From the IMG/VR virus record IMGVR_UViG_3300028533_000484, positions 64,001-128,000 of that record: a DNA stretch of 64,000 bases. One strand, given 5' to 3'. This document shows positions 44,026-54,497 of this stretch, piece after piece. A model generated the notes under the pieces. It did no database searches. It had not been told where the DNA came from and saw only the letters and a program-made list of their open reading frames with translations. How positions within the stretch are numbered: the stretch's first letter is position 1; each line of letters begins with the position of its first letter. The DNA comes from a virus (Duplodnaviria > Caudoviricetes). The position numbers and the translations under genes are program-made.

Positions 44026-46176
44026 ATGAGTAATTCCAATAAGATCTTAAATCAATTTACAACTCTTTATCACGGTTCTAAAAACGGTGAATTGAGAAAG
44101 GATGAAAAACACAAATACAACTGTTTATATGTAACTCCTATTTTTGCGTATGCAGCAATGTACAGTACAGATTCTAATTCTACACATGGTTGCGTTTTCG
44201 AAATGACACCAATCAGACCGTTAAATATATTTGATGCTAACGATGAAAATGCGCTAGAGCAGTTGAAAGCAAAAGTGATAGAATTAAATCCAGGAAATAC
44301 TTTAGTAAACCAGATTAAATGGAACGATCTAAAAACAAAAGACTGGTCTACTGTTTGCTTTAGAAGAGATAAAATAAGAGACGATTTACTTCTTAAAGCT
44401 GTAAAAACTCTAGGTTACGACGGTTACGTAAATATAGAATGGGATGAAGGTTGTGCTGAGAGCTACGCTGAAGGACTTGGAGGTTGTATAGAAGTTGTAA
44501 ACTCAATATCTATTGGAATTTTCGATGAAAATTTACTAGAAGTTGTTGATGAGAAATATTTCGACGACTATTCAGATGATGAGCTATTTAACAAATGTCA
44601 TCAAGCAGATGAGGATTTATTTATAAAATTCTTACAAGATGAAGGTCTTGGCGACTTCTATTATGATGACGAAGCTTCAGCTAAAGATTGGGCAGCAGAT
44701 AATTTACCGTTCTTAGATGCAGATGAAGTAAATAATCTGTTTGATACATATGCAAACTGTTATGATGATGAAGCTAGGGATTTCGATGAATCATCTAAAA
44801 AGAAAAATCTAACTAGTGTTTTAGGAACAATCAATGAAAAAAAATTAACTGAAAAGTACATCATTTCGACTATAGATGATGAAACAGGTAAAAGAATGTA
44901 CTGGAACAATGGTGATGGAGTTTGGTATTATGGACAGTCTCAAGGCACAACTTATGAAAATTATGACGAAGCTAGTTTGAATGTACCAGAAGCAGATTTA
45001 AATCTTCCATCAGATTCTATATATCCTGTAGAAGTATTGGAGAGCTCTAAAAGATGGAGCAAAATGAAAGAAAGCAGAGTTGCAAATGCTAATGAAGATA
45101 TTTTGAAATTGATGGATTATTTCATTAGTGATTTGCAAGATAGAGGTTATAGAAAAATAACACCTGTAAGAGGTTCTGGAAAAGTTGCAGGTCCAAAAAC
45201 ATTCTTTGTAGTAGATAGTACCGACACAGTTAAGAGAATTGAAGTTAGTGTTGATGGACAATATGAAGATGATATTATTGCAATGTTTGATAGATATTCC
45301 GGAGGCGTTGTAGGTTCTTCTATATATCAGTTATGTACTGCAGATCCAAATAGTGCAGACCCTTCAAATCCTGAATTGATTTGGTGGGCTGGAAAAACTA
45401 AAGAAGATTTTATAAACGATCTTGCGGATATGTGGAAAGTTGTAAAGTCACAATCCCCACGAATGCAAGAATCAAAAAAGATAAAAGAAAGAGTTTTAGA
45501 CTTTGATACTTATGACAAGTATTACGATGAGGGAGCAGAAGCTTACTTTGAAGGAAAGTCCTTGAGTGAAGTTCCAATTACTGGAAATGCTTGGTTTAGA
45601 GAAGCTTGGGAAGAAGGTTGGAAAAACGCAAAAGCTTATGATGAAGAAGATGCAAGAAGACTAGAAGCTGAGTATGAAGATGAATTAGAACAGGAAGAAG
45701 CTTGTAGAGAAGGTTTGATAGAATCTGAAAATTCAAAACTTAAAAAACTCAATTATATTGAACCTAATAATCCTCAAGCATTAGCTGATTTTATACAGGC
45801 TTGTACTAAGGATGGAGTAACAAATATTCAAACAAGGGTTATGGACGACAGTTATATAATGGTTTTGGGAGAAGAACCTTTGAAGGAATCTAGAAGACGT
45901 TTCCACGTATATGATAGAGAGATTAGCAGTCAAATGGATTCTATTTTAGGTAGTAAAGGTATAATCATAAAGCCACAAACTACAGGTCAAGGTTTTGCAC
46001 TTTACTCTATTAAGAAGCCAAACTTACAAGTAGGTGAGCTAATGTTTACTCCTGCAGCGTACTATTTAGCTGGACCTCGCGAGAACATTTATTGGGAAGG
46101 ATCAACATTAGAAGAGTTCGAAACAGATGTAGAAGATATGGCTTATGCTGTAAGAGAGATAGTTGATTCTTTATAG
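44026..46176 (+). CDS. multidomain protein with N-terminal ADP-ribosyltransferase-like fold
   Basis: LYHGS...LYVT...AAMY...LGYDG; domains separated by KES/LES/QES motifs. Confidence 0.55.
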   Translation: MSNSNKILNQFTTLYHGSKNGELRKDEKHKYNCLYVTPIFAYAAMYSTDSNSTHGCVFEMTPIRPLNIFDANDENALEQLKAKVIELNPGNTLVNQIKWNDLKTKDWSTVCFRRDKIRDDLLLKAVKTLGYDGYVNIEWDEGCAESYAEGLGGCIEVVNSISIGIFDENLLEVVDEKYFDDYSDDELFNKCHQADEDLFIKFLQDEGLGDFYYDDEASAKDWAADNLPFLDADEVNNLFDTYANCYDDEARDFDESSKKKNLTSVLGTINEKKLTEKYIISTIDDETGKRMYWNNGDGVWYYGQSQGTTYENYDEASLNVPEADLNLPSDSIYPVEVLESSKRWSKMKESRVANANEDILKLMDYFISDLQDRGYRKITPVRGSGKVAGPKTFFVVDSTDTVKRIEVSVDGQYEDDIIAMFDRYSGGVVGSSIYQLCTADPNSADPSNPELIWWAGKTKEDFINDLADMWKVVKSQSPRMQESKKIKERVLDFDTYDKYYDEGAEAYFEGKSLSEVPITGNAWFREAWEEGWKNAKAYDEEDARRLEAEYEDELEQEEACREGLIESENSKLKKLNYIEPNNPQALADFIQACTKDGVTNIQTRVMDDSYIMVLGEEPLKESRRRFHVYDREISSQMDSILGSKGIIIKPQTTGQGFALYSIKKPNLQVGELMFTPAAYYLAGPRENIYWEGSTLEEFETDVEDMAYAVREIVDSL

Positions 46177-46183
46177 GTTATAT

Positions 46184-46852
46184 TTAGAGGTTCAAGTTAT
46201 CTAGAACCTCTGATATGTCCTCGTAAGATTCATTTAATACACTTTCATAAATGTCGTATGTATCGTTTTTTAATTTGTAATACTTATCTTTTTGAATGCT
46301 GAAGGCCAATTCTTTAGATTGGTCTACAGTACTACATTCATATACAGTGGTTTTAAATCCTGGAAAAATATCTTTATCTTCATAAATCCTATCAATTCTA
46401 AACTTTCCAAAAGTAATAACTTCTTCTTGGTATCTAAATCTTTCCAAGTCAACTTCGTGTTCATTGCTATGAATTATTAGTTTGCTATTATAGTCTACAG
46501 GAAGACCTTTTACATTCTTTAAAACAATGATAGTGTCTATATCCGCATCGCTGGAACAATCCTGCATAAATTTTGTTATAAGCTCTTCATCAGGTTTTTT
46601 AGAAGTTGTAGAAGTCAATTGCTTAAAAGTTATAATATCTCCTACATCTTTATCGAATATGTAACTATCTTTTCCTTTTCTGTGAGAGACTTCCCAATCA
46701 TCTTCGCTTGCCAACATTCTGTACAAAGCAGGATATGTTTTGCCTGAAATAATTTTTTTATAAAAAGCAGAAGATGCATATTTATTTACATCTCTATATT
46801 GTCCTCTCACAAAACAATTTAAGTTATCGTTATAGTTGTGAAATCTCTTCAT
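46184..46852 (-). CDS. ADP-ribosyltransferase (R-S-E clade)-like protein
   Basis: LYR, TSTTS, YQEEV motifs in canonical order. Confidence 0.65.
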   Translation of the reverse strand: MKRFHNYNDNLNCFVRGQYRDVNKYASSAFYKKIISGKTYPALYRMLASEDDWEVSHRKGKDSYIFDKDVGDIITFKQLTSTTSKKPDEELITKFMQDCSSDADIDTIIVLKNVKGLPVDYNSKLIIHSNEHEVDLERFRYQEEVITFGKFRIDRIYEDKDIFPGFKTTVYECSTVDQSKELAFSIQKDKYYKLKNDTYDIYESVLNESYEDISEVLDNLNL

Positions 46853-46899
46853 AATCTATTTAGTAAAGGTACCATACTAACTAATAGCGAGGAAGAAAA

Positions 46900-48231
46900 A
46901 TGAAACTGTATAGAGGTATAGTAAAAGGTAGACAAAGACAGTTAAAGACACAAGGTACAGGAATGTGGTTTACCTCATCTTTAAAAGTTGCTAAAACATA
47001 TTCTGATACAATTGAAACTTGGGAATTAGATGAAGATTTAGATTTGGAAGGTATTCAAATCGATTGCCAACAGCGAAGTTGGAATGAAGTAAATACAGAT
47101 GCATATGCTCGTAAGTACAAAGATTACGATGTTATTATTTTCAAAGATATTGTAGATGTAGGACCTTTAGTACTAAACTATGCTAAAATTGATGATAGAC
47201 CTGTAAAAGAGAACTTCAAAGATTTCACTGCAGATACAGTTGTTGTAAACAATCTTGATTGTATAAAAAAGGTTCAAAAAGAAATACTAAAAGAGTTTGA
47301 TGGTGACTGGATGGATGATGGTGCAAAACTTAATGCCGTCAAAGTAGAAGATCTTATAGAGGATAAATATTTAGATAAGGCCTTAGAGTACTATGAATTA
47401 TTTGAGGAGCTTACTTTAAGAGGTGACTATAAAAAAGCAGAAGATAGATCCGAAGAGGATATTGAAAAGGATCAAAAAGCCACTGAATTACTCAAAAAAT
47501 TACAAACAAATACAGATCCTGCTCTAGCTTATGGATTCATGCTTTATGACGAATCATCCATTGCAAAAGCTTATTGGAAAAAGAGAGTAGGAGATAGAAA
47601 AGATCCTCATACAAAACAACCTTGGACTAGACCAGAAAAACAGGCAGATTGGCTTTACGAAGTTTATTTGGTTTTGACAGACCAGAATCCTAAATACAAA
47701 GATCATTTGTACTATTACAAGTTTACAGATGCTACAGGTAAATTCAACATAATGAATAATTTCAAAATGCATTGGAATATGTACATGCTTCCTGAATTGG
47801 CTAGATCTATTTTCAAAAGAAATGTCAAAGATTTTAAATCCTTAAGCGATTCTAAAAACGATTTTGAAATAGCTGCTGATTACTCAGTTGAGGATGTAGA
47901 CAACTTTTTACTTGTAGAAGATTTTATAAAATACTTTGCTAAGAAAGGGCCTGTAAAAGCAAATTCTGGAAGCTCTTTACAAGGTTTAACTTGGAAGAAG
48001 GTATTAGAGGAACTTATAAAAAATAAAGATGAAAGTGCTGTAAAACTCTCAAAAGCTCTTAATATTTCTTCTCCAGCCATGCTTCCCAAATTAAAAGATG
48101 AACTTAAAAAAGATCTGAAAAAGTTTGATATAGATCAAGATAGTTTTGCAAAGTACATATCAAAATATGATAGCATTGCTTTAGATATTCTAAATGGAAA
48201 AGATGTAACATTCTCCGATATTGAAGGTTGA
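46900..48231 (+). CDS. protein with N-terminal ART-like domain
   Basis: LYRG...GMWFTS...AKTY...YDVII. Confidence 0.55.
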   Translation: MKLYRGIVKGRQRQLKTQGTGMWFTSSLKVAKTYSDTIETWELDEDLDLEGIQIDCQQRSWNEVNTDAYARKYKDYDVIIFKDIVDVGPLVLNYAKIDDRPVKENFKDFTADTVVVNNLDCIKKVQKEILKEFDGDWMDDGAKLNAVKVEDLIEDKYLDKALEYYELFEELTLRGDYKKAEDRSEEDIEKDQKATELLKKLQTNTDPALAYGFMLYDESSIAKAYWKKRVGDRKDPHTKQPWTRPEKQADWLYEVYLVLTDQNPKYKDHLYYYKFTDATGKFNIMNNFKMHWNMYMLPELARSIFKRNVKDFKSLSDSKNDFEIAADYSVEDVDNFLLVEDFIKYFAKKGPVKANSGSSLQGLTWKKVLEELIKNKDESAVKLSKALNISSPAMLPKLKDELKKDLKKFDIDQDSFAKYISKYDSIALDILNGKDVTFSDIEG

Positions 48232-48274
48232 AAAGTGCTAATTGATTGATCGAACAATTATAGGAATTTAATTA

Positions 48275-48790
48275 ATGAGAATTGACAAACTTGATGAAGA
48301 AAAGTTGAATGAGTTTCGTGATTTTTGCAGATATGGCTATTGTCTTGAAGAAGAAACTGCCAAAGAGTATTTAAATTTTTTGGTAAACGGAATTAAAAGC
48401 ATAACAGATAAGTATAAAACTATTTCAGCAGACACTGCTCATAAAATTAACAATAAAAGATTTAGAAATGAGAGAACTAGGGATGACAGAATTGATAATG
48501 ATTATTTTGAATCTTTTTCTGGCAAAGAAGGAACTTTGAGCGAATTCGAAACAGAGTTTGAATATATGTTCAACCAGTTGAAGATAGAAAAAGATGATAA
48601 AGGTAAAAGAAAAATACCTCAAGAATGGATTACCTGGATTCAATCGACTTTTAATGATTACGTTTGCAGATTTGACAAAAGAGATCCATCTATAAAAGCA
48701 GATTTTGCAGATGAAGTAAACTGGAAAGATAAAGGAAGATTTACCGGATCTCATCTACCTTCATCTGCAAAAAAATTAATCGTTACCTAA
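48275..48790 (+). CDS. module gene A, copy 1 (DFCxYGYCLEEETA family)
   Basis: Paralog of 51426 and 61375. Confidence 0.85.
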   Translation: MRIDKLDEEKLNEFRDFCRYGYCLEEETAKEYLNFLVNGIKSITDKYKTISADTAHKINNKRFRNERTRDDRIDNDYFESFSGKEGTLSEFETEFEYMFNQLKIEKDDKGKRKIPQEWITWIQSTFNDYVCRFDKRDPSIKADFADEVNWKDKGRFTGSHLPSSAKKLIVT

Positions 48791-49273
48791 AAGGTCATCT
48801 ACTGTAGTAGTAGTGTTATATTTTAATAAGGTTTTTAACATTTTTCTAACGTATTCGATTTTTTCTTTATCTGCATCGTTTTCTTTTTCTAGCCAAAGAA
48901 CTTGGTTTGCAAAAGAATAAGTTTCTTTCGTATACTTCGGAGCAAGGTCTGTAAAATCAGCAGGAATTTCAATTGCTTCTTTTGAAACAAAATGGTCGAG
49001 ACTGCCAAAAATCAAAACATAGTTGTTGTGGGTAATTACCTTCAGTTCATCATTCAGTAGTTTTGCTGTTATAAAATCTTCTAGTTTTCCTGTGCTACCA
49101 TCAACATCAAATTCTGCAACAGAGATTTCTTTGTTTTTGATTTTATCAAAAACTTCTGAAACTTTGAATTCACCTTTAAATATATCAAATTCAGTGTCAT
49201 TTCTTTGAAGTTTAAAAGCTTTTCCCAAAACATCTACTGAATATTTTTTATCTAGCCCTTTGAGATCAATCAT
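48776..49273 (-). CDS. module gene B, copy 1 (YNTTT..DL family)
   Basis: Paralog of 51920 and 61883; GGAGG RBS. Confidence 0.85.
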   Translation of the reverse strand: MIDLKGLDKKYSVDVLGKAFKLQRNDTEFDIFKGEFKVSEVFDKIKNKEISVAEFDVDGSTGKLEDFITAKLLNDELKVITHNNYVLIFGSLDHFVSKEAIEIPADFTDLAPKYTKETYSFANQVLWLEKENDADKEKIEYVRKMLKTLLKYNTTTTVDDLLGND

Positions 49274-49384
49274 TCTTGTACCTCCTTACCTATAATAATA
49301 TAGGTACTTTTCAGCAAAATGTTTCAAAATCTCAAAAAAGTGTTTACGGAAGAGGTTTCCAAAACATTTTAACTAATTTTTAAT

Positions 49385-50404
49385 ATGAAAAAACTTAGCA
49401 AAGTTGCCGCAGAGCTTTTAGCTACATATGTAAACCTTATCGATTCAGAGTTTAACGCACATATCTGCGAAAACGGAGAATTTGACAACGAGAGCGTTCA
49501 ATTTTCAGATAGTTATAGAGTTTTCTACGACGGAAAGGACAACAACACAGATAATTACATTACAGTATATTCGTTTAACTCTGAGAAAAAGAGCAGTTGT
49601 GTACTTCTAAACTTTTCTCACGAAGAAACTGAAGGTATTCAAGAGCTTTTAGAATTTGCTTTCAATCAATGTGAATTTGCAGAAAAGTCTAACGAAACAA
49701 TCTGGAGCAATACCGAAACAAACTGGATAGTTGATTTAGATGTAATTATTGAACTTATTGAAGATTTTAAAAATCCTTATGGAATAAATAATCCTGATCT
49801 AGGTGTAAAAGCAGAATATGAAAAGAATAGAGCTTCAAGAAGTTATCCTTTAGATGAGTCCTACTCTACAGACTTAACTGATTTAGAACAAATACAAGAT
49901 GATTGGCTTTACGTTTTAGAAAAAGTTGAGGACTTTGACCCTTTTATCATAATTGCTTTAAAGTCAATTCCTATACATTATGTTGAAGATTTAAGATCTG
50001 ACAACGGTCTTGAAAGAGTAGCTGAGTTTGTTGTTGAATATGGTTTAGAATACAGTCTAAATGTCGGAGGAGTTTATTTTGAACTAAAACGAGAAGTGGC
50101 TATAGGTGCTTTACTTCACGAAATAGCTCATGCTATTTTAGCTTTCAGATATTTGCTTACAGGTAATACTTCCGCTTACAACTTATATGCAAGGACTAAC
50201 GGTGGTCATACAGAAGACTGGTGGAAAATAGCTACAGAGTTAACAAAATATTTTAATGAAAAAATTGAAATTGTAGAAACATTAGATTTAAGAGATGCAA
50301 GTATCTACGAGTATCCAATACAGTATGAAAACTACAATGACGATGCTGTTTGGAGTGAAGAGTATTCCGAACCTGAAGAGATGGATTCAAACTTTAGCTT
50401 TTAG
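49385..50404 (+). CDS. zincin-like (SprT-type) metallopeptidase domain protein
   Basis: LLHEIAH...GHTEDW. Confidence 0.65.
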   Translation: MKKLSKVAAELLATYVNLIDSEFNAHICENGEFDNESVQFSDSYRVFYDGKDNNTDNYITVYSFNSEKKSSCVLLNFSHEETEGIQELLEFAFNQCEFAEKSNETIWSNTETNWIVDLDVIIELIEDFKNPYGINNPDLGVKAEYEKNRASRSYPLDESYSTDLTDLEQIQDDWLYVLEKVEDFDPFIIIALKSIPIHYVEDLRSDNGLERVAEFVVEYGLEYSLNVGGVYFELKREVAIGALLHEIAHAILAFRYLLTGNTSAYNLYARTNGGHTEDWWKIATELTKYFNEKIEIVETLDLRDASIYEYPIQYENYNDDAVWSEEYSEPEEMDSNFSF

Positions 50405-50415
50405 GGAGGATGTAA

Positions 50416-51414
50416 ATGAGAAAATTAAAAGAAGAAGTTTATATAGCAACACCAGAAGCTCCTATAAAATTGTGGATAGTAAATGAAGATGATCCAGACA
50501 TGTCTTGTGGATATATTGAGTCAACCTGTAAATCAGACACGATGCTTTTGCAAACATTTATCCAAAAAGCTGGATACAAAGTAGTTTCTTCAAAGCCAAA
50601 AAATTGTGTTTATGCAAGAGGTATTCCTTTAAGAGTATTTTTAGGTAAAAAAACATATGCAGAGTTTTCAACAGATAAATATAATGAGGCTATTTTAGAG
50701 ACTTTTAAACAAGTTGCAAAGTCTCTTAAGATTGAATTAAAGCAAACTAAACAGCGTGGATTAGCTGTGCAAGAGTGTAAAGGTGAATTCTCGGATACAG
50801 ATTATTGGAAAGAGCATAAAAATAAAACTTTTAAGTTTAAGCAAGGATTAAAAGAAGCAAAAGGAAATAAAAACGACGATAATTTTTCTCATGCTGAACA
50901 TTTAGATTTTGAAACAGTAAAAAGTATGTTTAAACATCCTAAAAAGTTAGCAAAGTATATGTTTGAACATCCTGGGCTTTTAGATGTTGTTCAATCAAAA
51001 GCTTTTAATTACGCAGATGAAATTGGTCAACAACAAGGTTTTGAAGCCTACTATCCTCTCTGGTTGAAGATTACTCAAACAGGTTTTGATACCATTTTTA
51101 ATCTAACAACTTTGGAAGATCCTAATGAAGAAATAGACCTTTATAGAGGAATAGTTCTGTTTGAAGTAGAGCCTAATTTAGAAGAACCTGGTATCTGCTG
51201 GAGTTATGAAGAAGAAGGTGCCTCAGATTGGGTAAACGAGCTTTGTATAGAAGATGATCCGAACGAGGCTCCTTGTATTTTGGTCGGTAAAACTAAAATT
51301 GAAAATGTCGATTGGATTATAACATTTCTACTACTGTGTGCTAGTCCTGAAGAAAAAGAAATTCGAATTTGGGATGATTCTAAAGTGGAAATAACAGATT
51401 GGTATGTAGAATAG
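50416..51414 (+). CDS. protein with C-terminal ART-like domain
   Basis: LYRG...GICWS...EEKEI; MRKLKE start. Confidence 0.55.
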   Translation: MRKLKEEVYIATPEAPIKLWIVNEDDPDMSCGYIESTCKSDTMLLQTFIQKAGYKVVSSKPKNCVYARGIPLRVFLGKKTYAEFSTDKYNEAILETFKQVAKSLKIELKQTKQRGLAVQECKGEFSDTDYWKEHKNKTFKFKQGLKEAKGNKNDDNFSHAEHLDFETVKSMFKHPKKLAKYMFEHPGLLDVVQSKAFNYADEIGQQQGFEAYYPLWLKITQTGFDTIFNLTTLEDPNEEIDLYRGIVLFEVEPNLEEPGICWSYEEEGASDWVNELCIEDDPNEAPCILVGKTKIENVDWIITFLLLCASPEEKEIRIWDDSKVEITDWYVE

Positions 51415-51425
51415 AGGTTGAAAAA

Positions 51426-51923
51426 ATGAGGCTTAGAGAAGATATTTTAAACGAGTTTTATGATTTTTGCAAATATGGATATTGTCTGGAAGAGGAAACT
51501 GCAAAAGATTATTTGAAATTTCTAATTGATGCTTTGTGTCTTATTAGGGATAGTTATGGAGACAAAGCTGTCGAAAGTACCGAAAATCGTTCTAAAGTGA
51601 ATGTTATCAGGTTTCAAAAAGAGCAAAAAGATTTAAAAGGAGATGCAAATGTAGACTACTTTGAAGGAAAAACTTTAGCAGATTTTGAGAAAGATTTTGA
51701 GAGGATGCTTAATCAATTAAAGACTCAACATACTTTAGATGGTAAAAGAAAGATTTCTACCAAATGGATTGAATGGATACAGGATACATACAACAACTAC
51801 GTTGCAAGATTTGAAAAAAGATCTCCTGAGATATCTACAGATTTTCGAAACCAGGTAAGTTGGAAAAATAAAAAAGAAACTTCCAATACAGGTAAATATT
51901 TACCGTCTACAGCTAAAAACTAA
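51426..51923 (+). CDS. module gene A, copy 2 (start moved from 51399)
   Basis: GAGG RBS before ATG 51426. Confidence 0.85.
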   Translation: MRLREDILNEFYDFCKYGYCLEEETAKDYLKFLIDALCLIRDSYGDKAVESTENRSKVNVIRFQKEQKDLKGDANVDYFEGKTLADFEKDFERMLNQLKTQHTLDGKRKISTKWIEWIQDTYNNYVARFEKRSPEISTDFRNQVSWKNKKETSNTGKYLPSTAKN

Positions 51924-52414
51924 TCTCCTAGAAGATCTTCTATGCGAGTAGTTGTATTATACATAAGCATATTTTTTAAGTCTTTTCTCATACTTAAAAC
52001 AAATTCTTTTTCTTCTGGATCTTCTGATTCTGGTAATAGCCAAAAAACCCTGTTTATGCTTTCTACATGAGCATCAACGGAATCGTTTGCTTTTGTAAAA
52101 TCTTCAGGAACTACAATTGGTTGTTTTGTAATAAGATTTTCCAGATGAGTAAACATTAATGTATATGTACTACTGCCAATAATCTTAGCTTCTTTGTTTA
52201 ACTGTCTAATGTAAACGTAATCCTGAAGCGTAGCAAAAGATGGATCGATGCTAAAAGCTTTTACGACTTTTCTGCTTTTTACAAGTTCAAAAGCTTCTGA
52301 AACCTTTAATTCATCTGAAAATGTTATCAAAGAGTCTGTTCTGTGCAAGTAACAGAAAAGACCTGACTTCACATCCACTGTATATAACTTGTCCAATTTC
52401 TCGAAATCAAGCAT
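51920..52414 (-). CDS. module gene B, copy 2
   Basis: AGGAGG RBS; paralogy. Confidence 0.85.
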   Translation of the reverse strand: MLDFEKLDKLYTVDVKSGLFCYLHRTDSLITFSDELKVSEAFELVKSRKVVKAFSIDPSFATLQDYVYIRQLNKEAKIIGSSTYTLMFTHLENLITKQPIVVPEDFTKANDSVDAHVESINRVFWLLPESEDPEEKEFVLSMRKDLKNMLMYNTTTRIEDLLGD

Positions 52415-52497
52415 TCTTGTACCTCCTGAACACTAATAATATAGTTTTTTCCAGAATGCATCCTTCAAGAAGTTTTCACGAATTTCGAGGAAATCTA

Positions 52498-54396
52498 TTA
52501 CGTGATATTGATATGGAATTCTCTTCCTCTTAAAAAGTTTTTCCTTTCATCTGTATCAAAACCAAACCAATTTTGAATTGACTTTTTATAATTTTTATCA
52601 GCATCGTAAGGCATTAGAAGTTTCTCCATTCCACCTTCTTTATCTAAAACTTGATTAAGTCTAACCTTAGTCCAAGAACCTAAACCTTTTAAGTAAAAAT
52701 AATCTAAATTCTTTTTCATATCTTTTTTGTCTGGAAAGTTAAAATAGTACTCTTCTACTTTTTCTCCTTTAAGACCAATTAATAATGGAGTATTTAATCT
52801 ACAGACTCTTCCGTTTTCAATCATTTTTGGAGCAAGTTTTGCAAACATTGTAAGTACCAAACCTGCAATTGCTGTACCATCGGGGTCCGCGTCGGATAAA
52901 ACAACAACATAGTCGTAAGTCATATCTTCTGTTTTACCATATAGATCTAAGCCTAGAATATTTACAAGCTCTTTGATTTCTTGGTTTTCCATAAAACCTT
53001 TTACTTTACCTTTTCTTACAGGACCTACATCTTGAATGTTCATCGGTTTACCTTGCAACATGTAGTACCCAATTCCTTTACGACCTAGAATAGGACTAAT
53101 ACCAGAGAAAGCAGATCTACCTTCAGTAATCATTAGATACTTTTGACCTGATTTTGCTACAGGTGCAAAATATTTCTCACTTACGACTTCTTTCTTTACT
53201 TTGTTGAGAGCATCTGTTGCTTTACGAGCTGCCAATTCCTCTTTTAATTTAAAAAGCTCTGTAATATTTTCAATAATCGGTTTTGTACGAAGAATTTTAT
53301 CTGTAAAAGTATCCAGATCAACATTATTTGCTCTTAAGAATTCTGTAATTTCTCCTTGAGAATTTGTAATTTTTTCTTTTGTCTGGGAATTAAATTTACA
53401 GTTTGTAAAATCTTTCAGAAAAACAACTATACCAATACGATTGCGAATGTCTGCAGGTTTGATTGCTTTGTATTTTTTAGATACTTTCTCACGAATATCA
53501 TTTATAACTTTTGCTGAGATGTAATCAACATGTGTACCACCTTCGCGAAGTGAAATACCGTTTACATAACTCAGTACATAGGGTTCATCACTAGGATATA
53601 CACAAATATAGCAATTAGGCTCGTTGAGTACTACGGCTGGTTGAGGAAACATTGAAGCAAGATCTTTTGCTTTTACTCCGACCTTTTCTCCATTAAAAGT
53701 AATTGTACATTTAGGAAAGAACCAGGAAAGGAATTTCAAACGAGTCTTAATAAGAGATATAATGTTTTCATCAAACTCTTTTACACCAAATCTAGCAAAA
53801 TCTGGAGTAAATGTTATTGTTGTTCCTTTTTTTGGTGATGCAGTTAAAAGTTTAAAGTCCATTTTAGATCTATTATCTTCGCAATTGATCTTCATCTTTG
53901 CATTACCATCGCAAGTAATACATTCAAACTTTTTAGAGAAAATGTTCGCGCCCTTACATCCGATACCGTTGGTCCCGATAGTCTTTCTGTTTGCATCATC
54001 TTCAAAGTTGGAACCTGACATTGGTCTACAGACAGCATCTACACACATCCAGTTTCCTTCATCATCTTGAACAACTGGAATACCTCGACCATTGTCTTCG
54101 CAAGAAAATGTATCTTTTGTAATAGTAACTTTAATTTTATTTGAAAAAGCCCAATCTGTTTTTACACCTTCGTCAATTGAGTTGTCGACAACCTCGTTAC
54201 AGATTTTCAATAAACCTTCTGTAAAGTTAACTTCTTTGTAAGAGATCTGTCCATCTTCCTCTAAGATCCAAGAGTTAATATTAGCAGGAGAAACTCCACC
54301 TATGTACATTGAAGGCCGTCTAAGTACATGTTCAATAGTAGATAAATGTTTAATTATTTGATTGCTTTCTAATTTTTTTGTTTTATTATCTTTCAT
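52498..54396 (-). CDS. type IIA DNA topoisomerase ATPase/TOPRIM subunit (T4 gp39+60-like)
   Basis: RRPSMYIG, EVVDNSIDE, DNGRGIP, GTNGIG, TEGRSA, DADPDG, YLKGLGS. Confidence 0.95.
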   Translation of the reverse strand: MKDNKTKKLESNQIIKHLSTIEHVLRRPSMYIGGVSPANINSWILEEDGQISYKEVNFTEGLLKICNEVVDNSIDEGVKTDWAFSNKIKVTITKDTFSCEDNGRGIPVVQDDEGNWMCVDAVCRPMSGSNFEDDANRKTIGTNGIGCKGANIFSKKFECITCDGNAKMKINCEDNRSKMDFKLLTASPKKGTTITFTPDFARFGVKEFDENIISLIKTRLKFLSWFFPKCTITFNGEKVGVKAKDLASMFPQPAVVLNEPNCYICVYPSDEPYVLSYVNGISLREGGTHVDYISAKVINDIREKVSKKYKAIKPADIRNRIGIVVFLKDFTNCKFNSQTKEKITNSQGEITEFLRANNVDLDTFTDKILRTKPIIENITELFKLKEELAARKATDALNKVKKEVVSEKYFAPVAKSGQKYLMITEGRSAFSGISPILGRKGIGYYMLQGKPMNIQDVGPVRKGKVKGFMENQEIKELVNILGLDLYGKTEDMTYDYVVVLSDADPDGTAIAGLVLTMFAKLAPKMIENGRVCRLNTPLLIGLKGEKVEEYYFNFPDKKDMKKNLDYFYLKGLGSWTKVRLNQVLDKEGGMEKLLMPYDADKNYKKSIQNWFGFDTDERKNFLRGREFHINIT

Positions 54397-54447
54397 AGTT
54401 TTATTATTATAGTTCCTTTTGATTCTTTCTCTTCTCTAATTGAAAGG

Positions 54448-54476
54448 AAAAGGTGCTCATTTCAGAGCACCTTTTT
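54448..54476 (-). terminator. intrinsic terminator
   Basis: AAAAGGTGCTC...GAGCACCTTTT. Confidence 0.75.
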
Positions 54477-54497
54477 ACTTTTTAGAATTTTATCGAC

